From NCBI GenBank assembly GCA_903930345.1, contig CAIYYI010000230.1, forward strand, positions 9,689-73,688: a DNA stretch of 64,000 bases, in the 5' to 3' direction. This DNA is from an uncultured Verrucomicrobiota bacterium. GTDB taxonomy: Bacteria; Verrucomicrobiota; Verrucomicrobiia; Limisphaerales; CAIYYI01. Below are positions 18,101 to 27,285 of the stretch, piece after piece (the first letter of the stretch is position 1; each line of letters begins with the position of its first letter). The notes beneath the pieces are model-generated. The model did not search any database, was not told the origin of the DNA, and saw only the letters and a program-made list of their open reading frames with translations. Both the position numbers and the translations under genes were made by a program.

Positions 18101-21100
18101 TCTGCCTGGAGCATGCTCAGCAGCGGCAACCTGTCCGACCTGGAGGGGCTTAAGAGCATCCTGCTGTTGGCCGCCGGGGAGAACGCCGCCAAGATCCTCC
18201 GCGTGGAGGAGTTTATCAGCCGCCTGAAAGCGGGCCAGCTCACCGACAACTTCGAGGCCACCCTGGAGTTGGCCTCGCTCTCCGAAACCCTCACCGCAGG
18301 CACAGATCTTTACGACACCTTTGCCGGGCTGGCGGAAAATCTCAAGGGCATGAGCGGCATGGGTTCCCTGGGCTTCAATCTGGTGCATAGCGAATGCTAT
18401 TTCCACTTCAACGGTTATACCGACCGGAAAACCACCGCCCAGAGCAGCGTTGGTATCGTTCGTTCCGTGCCCGCCAGATCCATTTCTGTGGTACTCGACA
18501 AAGTCGAGGTTTTCGACCTCAAGGAGGAGCTGCTTTCACTGCCGGCGGAAATCTTCATCAACAGCCGGGTGGGCATCATTGCCGATCAAGCCCCGGTGGC
18601 CTGGACAAACGTTGATTTGCAATTCACCGATGCCCAAAATCAACTGGTGCTCAACAACGGCAGCCAGGGTTTTGCCACCTGCCCGAACGTCCCTTTCGTG
18701 GCCTATGCCAAGCGCAGCTTCCCCAAGGTTGATTTCATGAGGCCGGGCGCATATGCCCCGTGGTCCCGGGTGGACAACACCCTCCTGCAGGCCACCTGGA
18801 GTTCCAACGTCAACACCGCTGCCATTTACCTCGAACTCGGTGTTTATGAAAACGATGGGGATAACATTGATGATGACATGCTCGGCGTGTATTCCCGGAC
18901 CTTCCTTTTGGAGGACATCCTGAAATCTCCCGGCGTGGTCTGGCAGCAGACCGGTGATCGCCGCTGGCGGCTGGAGGTCAAGGACTACCCGGTCTATGAC
19001 GCGTCCAACTTGGAAACCGTCGTTGAACCGCAGGAGGGGGACATGAAAACCCGCCAGCAGACCCACAACATTGAGCGGTTGTCGCATCCCTCCGCTCTCG
19101 TCAATTTTCATATCGACCTCGAGTTGGCAGACCTGGTTCACTGGGCGGACACCAATTCCTACAACCTCCAGCCCGGCAACACCACCCAGTCACTCAGCAA
19201 CATCAACTTGCGGGTGGTCGGGCAGGGTGGGGATGCCGCCCGTCAAATCATGGATGTCCGGGGCGGGCAGGCTCTGGCCCGCCTGGAGCCCGGCGACCGG
19301 AATTTCCTTCTGGGTCTCTTTGATGTGACCCCCACCAATGCCGCCTCTGCCATCCGGTTGCGGGGCCGCCTCCCGGCGGACGATATGAGTCCGGTCGTGA
19401 AAAGCTGGTTCCAGGCGGATCAGTTCCTGTGGGCGCAGCTTGCCGGGGATGGCAGCGTTGTGATCGTGGCCCACACCGGCGGGCTGGCCAGCTTTGATGT
19501 GGGCAACCCAGCCGCCATCCGGGTGGTCAATCATCCGTTCGCGTCTGACGCCTACCCCAGCCGCATGGCGGTGGATGCGGATGGTGAGCGGATCTATGTT
19601 TCCTTCCGAAAAACCGGCTTGGATCTGGCTGTTTTCCGCCATGAAACCAACGGCGCTTTCACTCTGCTGGCAGAAAAAAACGACCTTAACCATACCGTGG
19701 CCGGGCTGGTTCCCCTGCCGGGTGGCGGGGTGATTGTCCATTCCGTGTCCGGCATCCGCAACGACAGCTTTGGCTGTTCGACATATGCCTCGGGCAACGA
19801 GGAAACCTACTTCACCAGCGCGGACGACATCCAGGATGAAGGAGGCGACCGTTTTGGCAATTACAACGGCCTCCTGACCCTCCTCTGGCAGGATGGTCTG
19901 CTGCAGGCCCACAGTTTCATTGACCTGAGCGGAGAACTCTCCGAAACCCAGATGGGCTGGGTTCGCCTGCGCAATCAGTCGTCCATGTTCCATCGTTTCG
20001 ATGGCAGCACCCTGCTTTCCAACGGGCGGAGACCCTTTGCCATCGGGTTGGACAGCTTCCTCTTTTTCACCAATCCGGAATGGTTGAACCGGAAGGAAAC
20101 GGAATTCAACAAATACTGGTGTACGGACCTGCTGGGGATTGATGCGGGCCCCTGCTACGTGAGCAGCACCATCAACGGACGGATCAACAAGACCTTTGTG
20201 CGCGCCTATTGGGAGGATGAGACGGCGCTTTCCCCCTTCAACGCCTGCACCCGGCAGGCCGGGCCGCTGACCTGCCCGGATAACTTTCTGGTCGGCGCAG
20301 AGCTGTTCCCGCTCGCCGCCGCCGGCCCCCAGTACATCCTGGCCCGGGGCCGAACCAACGGGCTCAAGGCCTCCGCTTCCGAGAGCCTGCCGGACGCCGC
20401 CCCTTTGATTCTCATCAACCTCTGCGCGCCTGCGGCCGTCCGGAAACTGGAGCCGGCTTATGCCGGACAGGCTGAGCTTGAACTGGGCCACTGGGTGGAT
20501 GCCTGCACCTTTTTATCCCAGGCCAATCTGGCGGTGATCGGCGGGCATGACACCATGGCCGGCGGAGATGACCTGCACCTGGTGGATTACACCGATTCCG
20601 CCAATCCCCGGACCATCCTCAATTTTGGCGGCGACCTTTACACCGTCAATGACCTGCTTTATGTGGCGTCGCAGAACCTCCTCTTCGTCGCCAACGCCCG
20701 CCTGGGCACAGTGCAGGTTTACAACCTGGCCAGCCCCGCCTCCCCGCAGTTGGTTGCCTCCTTGGATACCAGCGCTTCCACCCTGGCCTGGTCGGAAAAA
20801 CGACGGCAGCTCTATGTCACCGGCATTTACGGAGCCATCACGATCTACACCCTCACCGGCCCCGGTTCGTTTGAGAGTTACCAGGAAACCTTTCCTGGCG
20901 TCGGCTTCTTCAACCGTCTGGTTCTGAATGACGAACTGGATCTGGCCCTGGCCTCGTGCCGGTCCTTTGATTATCTGGGTGTGGGTGCCCATGAGCTGCT
21001 GGTGCTTGACTTTACCCATGCGGGCGACACCAACCGTGCCACCGGCCGCATCGCGCTCACGGGACGCTGGAAGCACCCTCAAACCGGCTTTTATGTCGCC

Positions 21101-21493
21101 CTCACAGATGTGGCCCTGAGCCCCGATGGTCAGACCGGCTATGCCGTGATCCGCAATAACAATCAGTACGCGGACATTTACCGGATCGACCTCGCCAACC
21201 GGACCGCCCCCTCTCCCCGGGATGCGGTTTACAACAGCACGAGCATCACACCCCTGATCGGGGGAATTGGGCTCAGCCGGGATGGACGCTACCTCGCCTG
21301 CACTCGCAACGGGTTGGATGTTTTTGATCTCCAAAATCAGGCTCAACCCTCCCTGGTGGTGTCTGCACGGCTGAGCGATCCCAACGGCTGGCCCCCCTAC
21401 GGTTCGGTGGAATTCTCCGCTGATGGTGCATACGTCCTGACGGGTCGCGTGGGATACTCAAATCATGCCTTGAGGATCCGCCTCTTCAAATGA
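15197..21493 (+). CDS. 2098-aa secreted multidomain hypothetical protein with a C-terminal LVIVD-like beta-propeller
   Basis: Long uninterrupted ORF; signal-like stretch ending VLA-Q; C-terminal repeats LHLVDYTDSANP, VQVYNLASPASP and LDVFDLQNQAQP. Confidence 0.8.
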   Translation: MYKRDAGGFLRVVVELFYPSAGSRIDSSAGWGLWLGFLIFTAFLPPVLAQTGPMSVRPGSVPGQAEVSVGSQTDKFYQLEVSRDLKDWWAALGTNGTGSNLTYTVDTTGQDRLFFRFVIEQNGLLRGLTNLVLAPEAGFSEVGERAALILASNGVASTDDLFNRFRSVSRLNQEVARLQQSGVRIDAGNVIGLLKEAELRTNLKSLEEKGFRKSLTDVLVSSRFNMTELHRFMRRVPADAGALLAQEAYLEFKNTLQEVGSCPLSQEEFHQLRAHVASLNPVPDLQVTQSHQDARYGTLPGAAKRLATAQAKDGTLTNLVGEAVSSLEEQLSKLPPPSYDYIPAYVQQHNQARFLLEPYPLAILGYRLVRSGAASLPVPIDALPPFTVESENPGYRKFLINESGLAWFKAYGHAQGAHLLIRNSTGQTILDEQIPANSSRGFILPIFQEDVGAGFEVLKVDGLTLSAMSLQKPLVAENVAGEFRLQDQSLTPVVPSLPGGAAWLRFSLLDSPGAGAPPLVASLQVRNSFLPDGTYQTVLINPSRVPATNCLTLNHPLELPFQGQNGLWNLFILPPGIDGAPLIRLNPVTGQVDALSLFALNADTSSGESAFDFVLQHAPVQTRAFLVGKMNQVAYSRDGESAGSFGEVKLSFHANIAPYFDQAASFGSVFGESRAFQAWRLWLDNGQNAAALALNEQFVAGLAELRLNEAFRSEYLSSFYEFFPYQNSPYSFYDDNDLLTVYSAHVRNELGRSWYRNIGDAAALYQSWADRVVQINAFKYPFGQQYKIVDNLVTGSPLNGTLSYLSLHPVIPVDVPLFAVPKDRMAREPLPISFDYATWEMDELDKSDLFGSALKGVVNVGLGILGQNWARAVCSGVDMIDELHRTVKAAKDDPIGSANFRLSRASSRHGFYGLEDDELMSFHFSGKPKKNNLNAFETGLNYAKLACDTMTAVSSVGGNLSDLKKNLSSAWSMLSSGNLSDLEGLKSILLLAAGENAAKILRVEEFISRLKAGQLTDNFEATLELASLSETLTAGTDLYDTFAGLAENLKGMSGMGSLGFNLVHSECYFHFNGYTDRKTTAQSSVGIVRSVPARSISVVLDKVEVFDLKEELLSLPAEIFINSRVGIIADQAPVAWTNVDLQFTDAQNQLVLNNGSQGFATCPNVPFVAYAKRSFPKVDFMRPGAYAPWSRVDNTLLQATWSSNVNTAAIYLELGVYENDGDNIDDDMLGVYSRTFLLEDILKSPGVVWQQTGDRRWRLEVKDYPVYDASNLETVVEPQEGDMKTRQQTHNIERLSHPSALVNFHIDLELADLVHWADTNSYNLQPGNTTQSLSNINLRVVGQGGDAARQIMDVRGGQALARLEPGDRNFLLGLFDVTPTNAASAIRLRGRLPADDMSPVVKSWFQADQFLWAQLAGDGSVVIVAHTGGLASFDVGNPAAIRVVNHPFASDAYPSRMAVDADGERIYVSFRKTGLDLAVFRHETNGAFTLLAEKNDLNHTVAGLVPLPGGGVIVHSVSGIRNDSFGCSTYASGNEETYFTSADDIQDEGGDRFGNYNGLLTLLWQDGLLQAHSFIDLSGELSETQMGWVRLRNQSSMFHRFDGSTLLSNGRRPFAIGLDSFLFFTNPEWLNRKETEFNKYWCTDLLGIDAGPCYVSSTINGRINKTFVRAYWEDETALSPFNACTRQAGPLTCPDNFLVGAELFPLAAAGPQYILARGRTNGLKASASESLPDAAPLILINLCAPAAVRKLEPAYAGQAELELGHWVDACTFLSQANLAVIGGHDTMAGGDDLHLVDYTDSANPRTILNFGGDLYTVNDLLYVASQNLLFVANARLGTVQVYNLASPASPQLVASLDTSASTLAWSEKRRQLYVTGIYGAITIYTLTGPGSFESYQETFPGVGFFNRLVLNDELDLALASCRSFDYLGVGAHELLVLDFTHAGDTNRATGRIALTGRWKHPQTGFYVALTDVALSPDGQTGYAVIRNNNQYADIYRIDLANRTAPSPRDAVYNSTSITPLIGGIGLSRDGRYLACTRNGLDVFDLQNQAQPSLVVSARLSDPNGWPPYGSVEFSADGAYVLTGRVGYSNHALRIRLFK

Positions 21494-21649
21494 TCCCCGC
21501 CCAATGTTGGGAACATGCAGGATCATCCTCGGAGCCAACCCCCAGCAAAAATACTGTCGAAAAAGATGAGGTTGCCAGCTCCTCTGGTGGGTGTTAAACC
21601 GGTTAAAGACTGGGTAATTTGATGAAGCTAGAGTCCATTTTTCCGCCCA

Positions 21650-22030
21650 TCACGCGCCGCGCGCGGAGCGCACGATTTTCTCCGCCCGCGCATGGGAGCC
21701 GAGGTTGAAAGCGTTAACATAACCCAGACTGCGTGCCTGGCCCTTGGCGATGCCGCTGCGCCCGCCGCTCAGGCAATGGAGTAGCAGCACCTGGTTCTTG
21801 TCCTTCACGCGGCGCGGCAGGCTTTCGCGCAGCTCCCCCAGCGGGAGGTTGATCGCCTCTGGCACGTGCCCGCTGCGGAATTCCTCCGGCGAGCGCACGT
21901 CGATTACCAGCGCGCCTTCTGCGAGGTGCTTGTGCGCCTCCTGCTCCGGGATGAATGCCATCCGTTTCATGAGGAAGAATGCGGCCATGACGATGCCGAC
22001 GATGATGGGTATGGTCCAATTGGTGAACAT
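21650..22030 (-). CDS. Membrane-anchored rhodanese-like sulfurtransferase
   Basis: N-terminal TM; IDVRSPEEFRSGHVPEAINLP; active-site HCLSGGRS. Confidence 0.9.
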   Translation of the reverse strand: MFTNWTIPIIVGIVMAAFFLMKRMAFIPEQEAHKHLAEGALVIDVRSPEEFRSGHVPEAINLPLGELRESLPRRVKDKNQVLLLHCLSGGRSGIAKGQARSLGYVNAFNLGSHARAEKIVRSARGA

Positions 22031-22036
22031 AAGAAA

Positions 22037-23719
22037 TCAGTTGGGGTGGTGAAGCGTCGTCGCCGTCTTCCACGTGCGGTATGAGCCGGTCAGGTTGCGC
22101 ACGCGGTAGCCGCGCTGGCTTAGGAACCGGCAGGCGAAGTAAGAGCGCTGGCCGCTTTGGCAGCTCACGACGATTTCCTTGCCTATCGGCAGCTCGCCGA
22201 CGCGCACGCGAAGTTGGGGGAGGGGAATGTGTATCGAGCCGGGGATATGTCCGGCCTGGCGTTCGCCGTCGCTGCGCACATCCAGCACCAGCGTGCTGGC
22301 CGGATCAAGTGAGGCCACTTCGTGCCACTGGGCGAGCGCCACGCCTCCGCTGAGCACGTTCTGTGCGGCCATGCCGGCGAGGTTCACCGGGTCTTTGGCG
22401 GAGCCGAAGGGGGGTGCGTAGGCAAGTTCCAGCTCGGCCAGCTCATGCACCGTCATGCCGGCCTTGAGCGCGGTGGCCAGCACGTCAATCCGCTTGTCCA
22501 CACCGTCCTGGCCGACGGCCTGTGCGCCAAGGAGCCTGCCCGTGTCAGGCGCGAACAACACCTTCATCGCGATGGGCGAGGCACCGGGATAGTAGCCAGC
22601 GTGGGACGCGGGATGGAGGTGGATGGCCTGATATGGGATGCCCGCTTTCTTCAAGGTCTTCTCGCTCGCGCCGGTGCAGGCGGCGGTGAGCTTGAACAGG
22701 CGCAGAATCGAGGTTCCCAGCGTGCCGGCATAATGGGAGTGCTGGCCAAGGATGTTGTCGGCGGCGATCCGGCCCTGGCGGTTGGCCGGGCCGGCGAGCG
22801 GAACCAGGCTCCACGCGCCGGTCACGCCGTCGCGGACCTCAATGGCATCACCCACGGCCCAGATGTGCTGGTCGCTGGTCTGCAGATGTTCGTTCACGCG
22901 GATGCCGCCCAGGGTGCCGATCTCCAGACCGGCCTGCCGGGCCAGGCTGGTTTCCGGGCGCACGCCCATGCCGAGCACCACGAGATCGGCGGGCAAACGC
23001 CGCCCGCTCTGCAACACCACGACCGAGGCGCGCGCCTCTTCGCCGGCTTGCGGCGGCTCAAACGCCGCGACGGCATCGTTGAGGTGAAGGTCGACGCCGT
23101 TGGCGTTGAGTTCCTGATGCAGCCAGGCGGCCATTTCGGGGTCCAGCGGCGTCATCACCTGGGCCGGGCGCTGAGCCAGCGCCACGGACAAGCCTCGCCG
23201 CTGCAACTGTTCGGCCATCTCCAGACCGATGTAACCGCCGCCCACCACCACCGCGCGGCGCGCCTGTGTCTCCCTGATCCAGTCCGTCAACTTTTCCACG
23301 TCGGGGACGTTGCGCACTAGAAAGTGGCCGGGGCGGTCGAAGCCGGGCACATCCGGATGCACCGGGACCGCGCCCGTGGCCAGCACCAGCGCGTCATAGG
23401 GCTGGGTGTACTCCCGGCCGGATTGCACCTCGCGAACTCGCACCTGCTGCGCGGCGCGGTCGATGGCGACGACTTCGGTGAGCACCCGCACATCGAGGTT
23501 GAACCGGGCGCGCAAGCTTTGTGGGGTTTGCAGGAGCAATTCGTCGCGGTCGGCAATTTCACCGCCCACAAAATAGGGCAGACCGCAATTGGCAAAAGAG
23601 ACGTGTGGGCCGCGCTCAAAAATGATGATCTCGGCTTCCTCGGAAAGCCGCCGTGCCCGCGCCGCCGCGCTGGCTCCGCCGGCAACTCCGCCCACAATGA
23701 CAATTCGTTTCTGGTTCAT
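22037..23719 (-). CDS. CoA-disulfide reductase with C-terminal rhodanese domain (CoADR-RHD/Npsr-like)
   Basis: GGVAGGA FAD motif, SFANCGLPY redox Cys, GGGYIGLEMAE, YAPPF and rhodanese CQSGQRS. Start MNQKRIVIVG at 23719. Confidence 0.92.
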   Translation of the reverse strand: MNQKRIVIVGGVAGGASAAARARRLSEEAEIIIFERGPHVSFANCGLPYFVGGEIADRDELLLQTPQSLRARFNLDVRVLTEVVAIDRAAQQVRVREVQSGREYTQPYDALVLATGAVPVHPDVPGFDRPGHFLVRNVPDVEKLTDWIRETQARRAVVVGGGYIGLEMAEQLQRRGLSVALAQRPAQVMTPLDPEMAAWLHQELNANGVDLHLNDAVAAFEPPQAGEEARASVVVLQSGRRLPADLVVLGMGVRPETSLARQAGLEIGTLGGIRVNEHLQTSDQHIWAVGDAIEVRDGVTGAWSLVPLAGPANRQGRIAADNILGQHSHYAGTLGTSILRLFKLTAACTGASEKTLKKAGIPYQAIHLHPASHAGYYPGASPIAMKVLFAPDTGRLLGAQAVGQDGVDKRIDVLATALKAGMTVHELAELELAYAPPFGSAKDPVNLAGMAAQNVLSGGVALAQWHEVASLDPASTLVLDVRSDGERQAGHIPGSIHIPLPQLRVRVGELPIGKEIVVSCQSGQRSYFACRFLSQRGYRVRNLTGSYRTWKTATTLHHPN

Positions 23720-24054
23720 ATCGCAATTTGTTCTGACGGCGAACTTGCCTCGCCTGGTGCGCGGCGCACACCCAGCAAGTCGCGCGCGTGCCGCGTCTTC
23801 CTTGAATTGAGCCGTGAGATGGAAAAAGGTTACACGATTTTCCAGGCCTCGCACCTGATTCCCGCATTGATCCCAGACTGGAATGATGGAAGGGATTCAA
23901 ATGGACAGCAGACTATTGTCCAAGTGGACAGCGAGAGGCGTACAACGCCCTGGGGGAACAACTAAATACCAATTTCCCCGCATTCGTCTGCTCTATTCCG
24001 CTACTGGATAAAGCGAGGCTGGCGAACAGGAGGATTGCGGTTTGTAGCGGGATT

Positions 24055-26115
24055 CTACTCATGGCGGGAGCCGCCTTTTGCATCGCGCACCATCAGCGCA
24101 CAGGTCCTCGAGGAGGGAACTGTGGCCTTGGACTGAGCAATCGTTTCCGTGACATGCGGAAAGGTTCCCGGGCGGAAGGCTTTCAGCTGGGCAACCACCA
24201 CATCCTCTGAATTTTCCACGTCCAGCATCGGCTTGTCGCCGAGCTGAAGCACGTTGCCGTAAAGACAGTAGATGCGCACGTCGCGCGAATTTGAAATGCG
24301 GCTGGGGGTGTTGCCGTCGCCGGCGTCGGCGCGCTGGATTGTCCCCGCCTCGACTTTGTAATAGTACACGCGGAGGTGCTCGCAGTTCCTGATCTCCGAT
24401 TGCGGGTTCGATGTCACGCGCTCCACATTCAGCGCATAGAATGCCGTTGGCTGCCGGAGGCCGCTCCACACCAGCGGCCGCCCCATCGCCATCACGCCAT
24501 AGAACCGCCCGCCCGCGTTCCCGGACATTTGGAATCCAGCCCGGTTCATCATCCATAGGCCCCGCCCGGAGCGCCACTGGACGCGCCCTCGCACGGAAAG
24601 AAAGGCTAGCCCGGGAGCAGCTTCCGCGTCGTCCGGGGTTTCGATGGTGAAAGAGTCACTCTCAGGCGAAGGCCCGGGCTCGCCTGTGTTTGCGCGGGCG
24701 GTCCCGGCACCGATGGAAGCGAAGGAGCGGCTGATGCTGAACAGCTGGGTCCTGGGCTTCAGCCGCAGCGTGCCGGATAAACGGTAATCGCCGCCCGGCA
24801 CAAACACCTTGTCGTGCGCCGCGATGGCCTTGGCAAAGGCGGCGGTGTCGTCCGTCGTGCCGTCGCCCTTGGCGCCGAAGTCGCGCACGTTGGCTGCGCC
24901 CGCGTCTTCAAACGAAGGAGTCGGCGTCCAGTGCTGGCGGCGGATGGCGGCATAATCGGGCTCCTCCGCTGGGGCCTGCTGGAGGATGGTGCCCGGGGCG
25001 ACCGTTCCGTTGAGCAGGTTTACGCCTTGATTGTCGTGCGATGAAAATCGTCCGATGCGAGTCCACTGGCTGGGACGCGTCATCTTGGCGCCGCCGGGGG
25101 TGATGGATTCCACTCCCTGCACGAAGGTGTTCTCAAGGTAGACATTCTCAGGTTTCTTCGTTTTTACCACCACGGCGCCAGGCTTCATCGCAATGACGCA
25201 ATCCACCAGGCTGACGCCCGCGTAAGATCGCTCTGTGGACAGATCCACAGCCGCATCGCCAGCCGGTTCAAGTCGGCAAGCCACGAGCAGCGTCGGCACC
25301 TGCGAGCCGCCTTTGGCGTAGCGGATGGCCGCCTTTGTTTGTCCCGTGAACACGCAGGCATTCAGCAGGGGAAACCGGCTGTCCGGGTCCAGCACGATCC
25401 CGTACTGGCCGCCCGTGACCCCGACGTTATGTGTGCCGCCGCCTTGCCCGGGGCAGCAGTTCAGACCGGCGTATGCTCCGTCAGCGTAAACCGTGACGTC
25501 CTGCATCGTTGAACCTTGCGAGCCGGAGTGCCGGATGCCGACCGCCCCGGCATGGCTTCGAATATCAATGTCAATTCCCTTGAAGATGTGATTGAACGAA
25601 ATGTTCGCCTGCTCCTTGCCCCAGATCGGCTCCTCCTTGCCGGGAGCGTCGAACCACGTCTGTGCCCAGATGTGAACCAGGGGTTTCGGGCTAGCCTGAT
25701 TATCAAAACCCTTCGCCTGCGCGGAGAGTTTGAGCACCGGCCGCTTCCCATGGGTTGACCCCAGGAGGACCATGGGCTGGTGAACCGGCCAATAATACTG
25801 GGTTCCACCGTCCACATGCTTGGGCCTGTCCAGCTTGCGGACCTGCTGCTCGCAGGAAATGGTGTCGGAGACGAGATAGGTTCCTCCCGGAAAAAAGCAG
25901 ACCAGCGCGTGGTCCCGGGCATCGTTCGCCGCTCGCTGGATGGCCTTGGTCGCATCAGCCACGCCTGTGGGATCGGCGTGGTAAGGGGCCTTGGTCACGT
26001 CCAGCAGGCCGAGCTGCAGCAGACGGTCTGCGGAGTTTACGCCTGATGGCAGTTCCGCAGCGGCCGCAAAAGCCGCAACCGTGAGGTTCAGAAAATAGCG
26101 CAGGATGTTTTTCAT
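24055..26115 (-). CDS. Pectate-lyase-superfamily/GH55-like beta-helix glycoside hydrolase
   Basis: Two copies of the pectin-lyase-fold N-cap motif (DVTKAPYHADPTGVADATKAIQRA..FFPGGTY; NVRDFGAKGDGTTDDTAAF..FVPGGDY) and a signal peptide. Confidence 0.75.
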   Translation of the reverse strand: MKNILRYFLNLTVAAFAAAAELPSGVNSADRLLQLGLLDVTKAPYHADPTGVADATKAIQRAANDARDHALVCFFPGGTYLVSDTISCEQQVRKLDRPKHVDGGTQYYWPVHQPMVLLGSTHGKRPVLKLSAQAKGFDNQASPKPLVHIWAQTWFDAPGKEEPIWGKEQANISFNHIFKGIDIDIRSHAGAVGIRHSGSQGSTMQDVTVYADGAYAGLNCCPGQGGGTHNVGVTGGQYGIVLDPDSRFPLLNACVFTGQTKAAIRYAKGGSQVPTLLVACRLEPAGDAAVDLSTERSYAGVSLVDCVIAMKPGAVVVKTKKPENVYLENTFVQGVESITPGGAKMTRPSQWTRIGRFSSHDNQGVNLLNGTVAPGTILQQAPAEEPDYAAIRRQHWTPTPSFEDAGAANVRDFGAKGDGTTDDTAAFAKAIAAHDKVFVPGGDYRLSGTLRLKPRTQLFSISRSFASIGAGTARANTGEPGPSPESDSFTIETPDDAEAAPGLAFLSVRGRVQWRSGRGLWMMNRAGFQMSGNAGGRFYGVMAMGRPLVWSGLRQPTAFYALNVERVTSNPQSEIRNCEHLRVYYYKVEAGTIQRADAGDGNTPSRISNSRDVRIYCLYGNVLQLGDKPMLDVENSEDVVVAQLKAFRPGTFPHVTETIAQSKATVPSSRTCALMVRDAKGGSRHE

Positions 26116-26230
26116 AATATTCAAGACAACTCAATAAGCTGTGGCGCGGTCGTCGGTTCAATGGCTATCAGGCGTCCATTCGTCAACCGGGAACCAGTCC
26201 CATCAATTAAGTTCATGGCTGCTTCCAGGG

Positions 26231-27247
26231 TTAGGCGGCAGGCTTGTCCGCCAGCACGAGCGGAAAAGGTCCGGGCACTTCCAGCCGCCTCGGATTGCTG
26301 AAGCCGGCCTCAAGCAGCCACGCGCTCAGCTCCGCATACGTGTAGGTGTCGCCCGCCTCGGTGTTCACGAGCATGTTCACGGCAAATAGCAGCGCCAGGG
26401 GCGGAGCGGTGCGGTCGTCATTCGGCACAAACTCCTGGATCGCCAGCGTGCCGCCGGGTGCCAGCGCAGCCAGGGTTTTCCGGAGCAGGCGCCGGCAGCA
26501 GTCGCGGCCCTCGCTGTGCAGGATATGCCCCAGCACCGCAATCTGGTGCCTCTGGCCAAAATCGGCTTCATGGAAATCGCCCGGCACCACGGTCAGGCGC
26601 TCGGCCACCCCGTGCCTCGCGGCCACGCTCTTCGTTACTTCCAGCACGCGCGGCCAGTCCACGGCCCGGACGGTCACCTGCGCTGATTGCCTGGCCAGCG
26701 CGATTCCCCACACGCCGGAGCCCGCGCCAATGTCCAGTACGCTCACCGGCGCGCTGGCTTTCGCCAGGCCCAGGTGCTCGCCCAGCGCGTGCGCGGCGGC
26801 AAAGCTCACAGGAAACAGCGACTCAACAAACTGGGCGTAATGCCCCGCTCCCTCGTCCTCGTGGTTCGTGCGGGCCACTGGTTTGCCGGTGCGAACCACC
26901 TCCGCCAGATGCATCCACTGGGGCAGCAGCTGCCCGGTGTGATGCTGGAAAAAGAGGCCGCGATAACCCGGCTTGGAGGAGACGAGAAAGGCGGCGCTCT
27001 CAGCGGTGAGCGCATAGCGATCATCCACGCGGGCGAGCAGCTTCAAGCCGACCAGCGCGTTGAGGATGGCCGTGAGGCCACGGGCCGAAGCCCCCGTTTT
27101 CGCGGCCAGTTCCGGGAGGGAGCGCGGCCCCTCGTCCAGCCGGTCAAACACCCCGGTCCGGACGGCAGCCTCAATGATGAGCGTGGGTGCGTAGCCCCAG
27201 GCAAACTGCATAATGCGGTCAGGTGTCAAAGCTTCAATGGTATGCAT
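26231..27247 (-). CDS. SAM-dependent O-methyltransferase (Methyltransf_2 with dimerisation domain)
   Basis: VLDIGAGSG motif I, GDF, HILH and LAPGG. Confidence 0.9.
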   Translation of the reverse strand: MHTIEALTPDRIMQFAWGYAPTLIIEAAVRTGVFDRLDEGPRSLPELAAKTGASARGLTAILNALVGLKLLARVDDRYALTAESAAFLVSSKPGYRGLFFQHHTGQLLPQWMHLAEVVRTGKPVARTNHEDEGAGHYAQFVESLFPVSFAAAHALGEHLGLAKASAPVSVLDIGAGSGVWGIALARQSAQVTVRAVDWPRVLEVTKSVAARHGVAERLTVVPGDFHEADFGQRHQIAVLGHILHSEGRDCCRRLLRKTLAALAPGGTLAIQEFVPNDDRTAPPLALLFAVNMLVNTEAGDTYTYAELSAWLLEAGFSNPRRLEVPGPFPLVLADKPAA

Positions 27248-27285
27248 ATTTAAAGTGATCCCGCAGGCATCGGGATTTTGCGGAT

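Noticed and set aside
23774-23793. Sigma-54 promoter for the CoADR gene (minus strand GGCACG...TTGC)
   Set aside because: The GG-to-GC spacing is 14 nt rather than the required 10.
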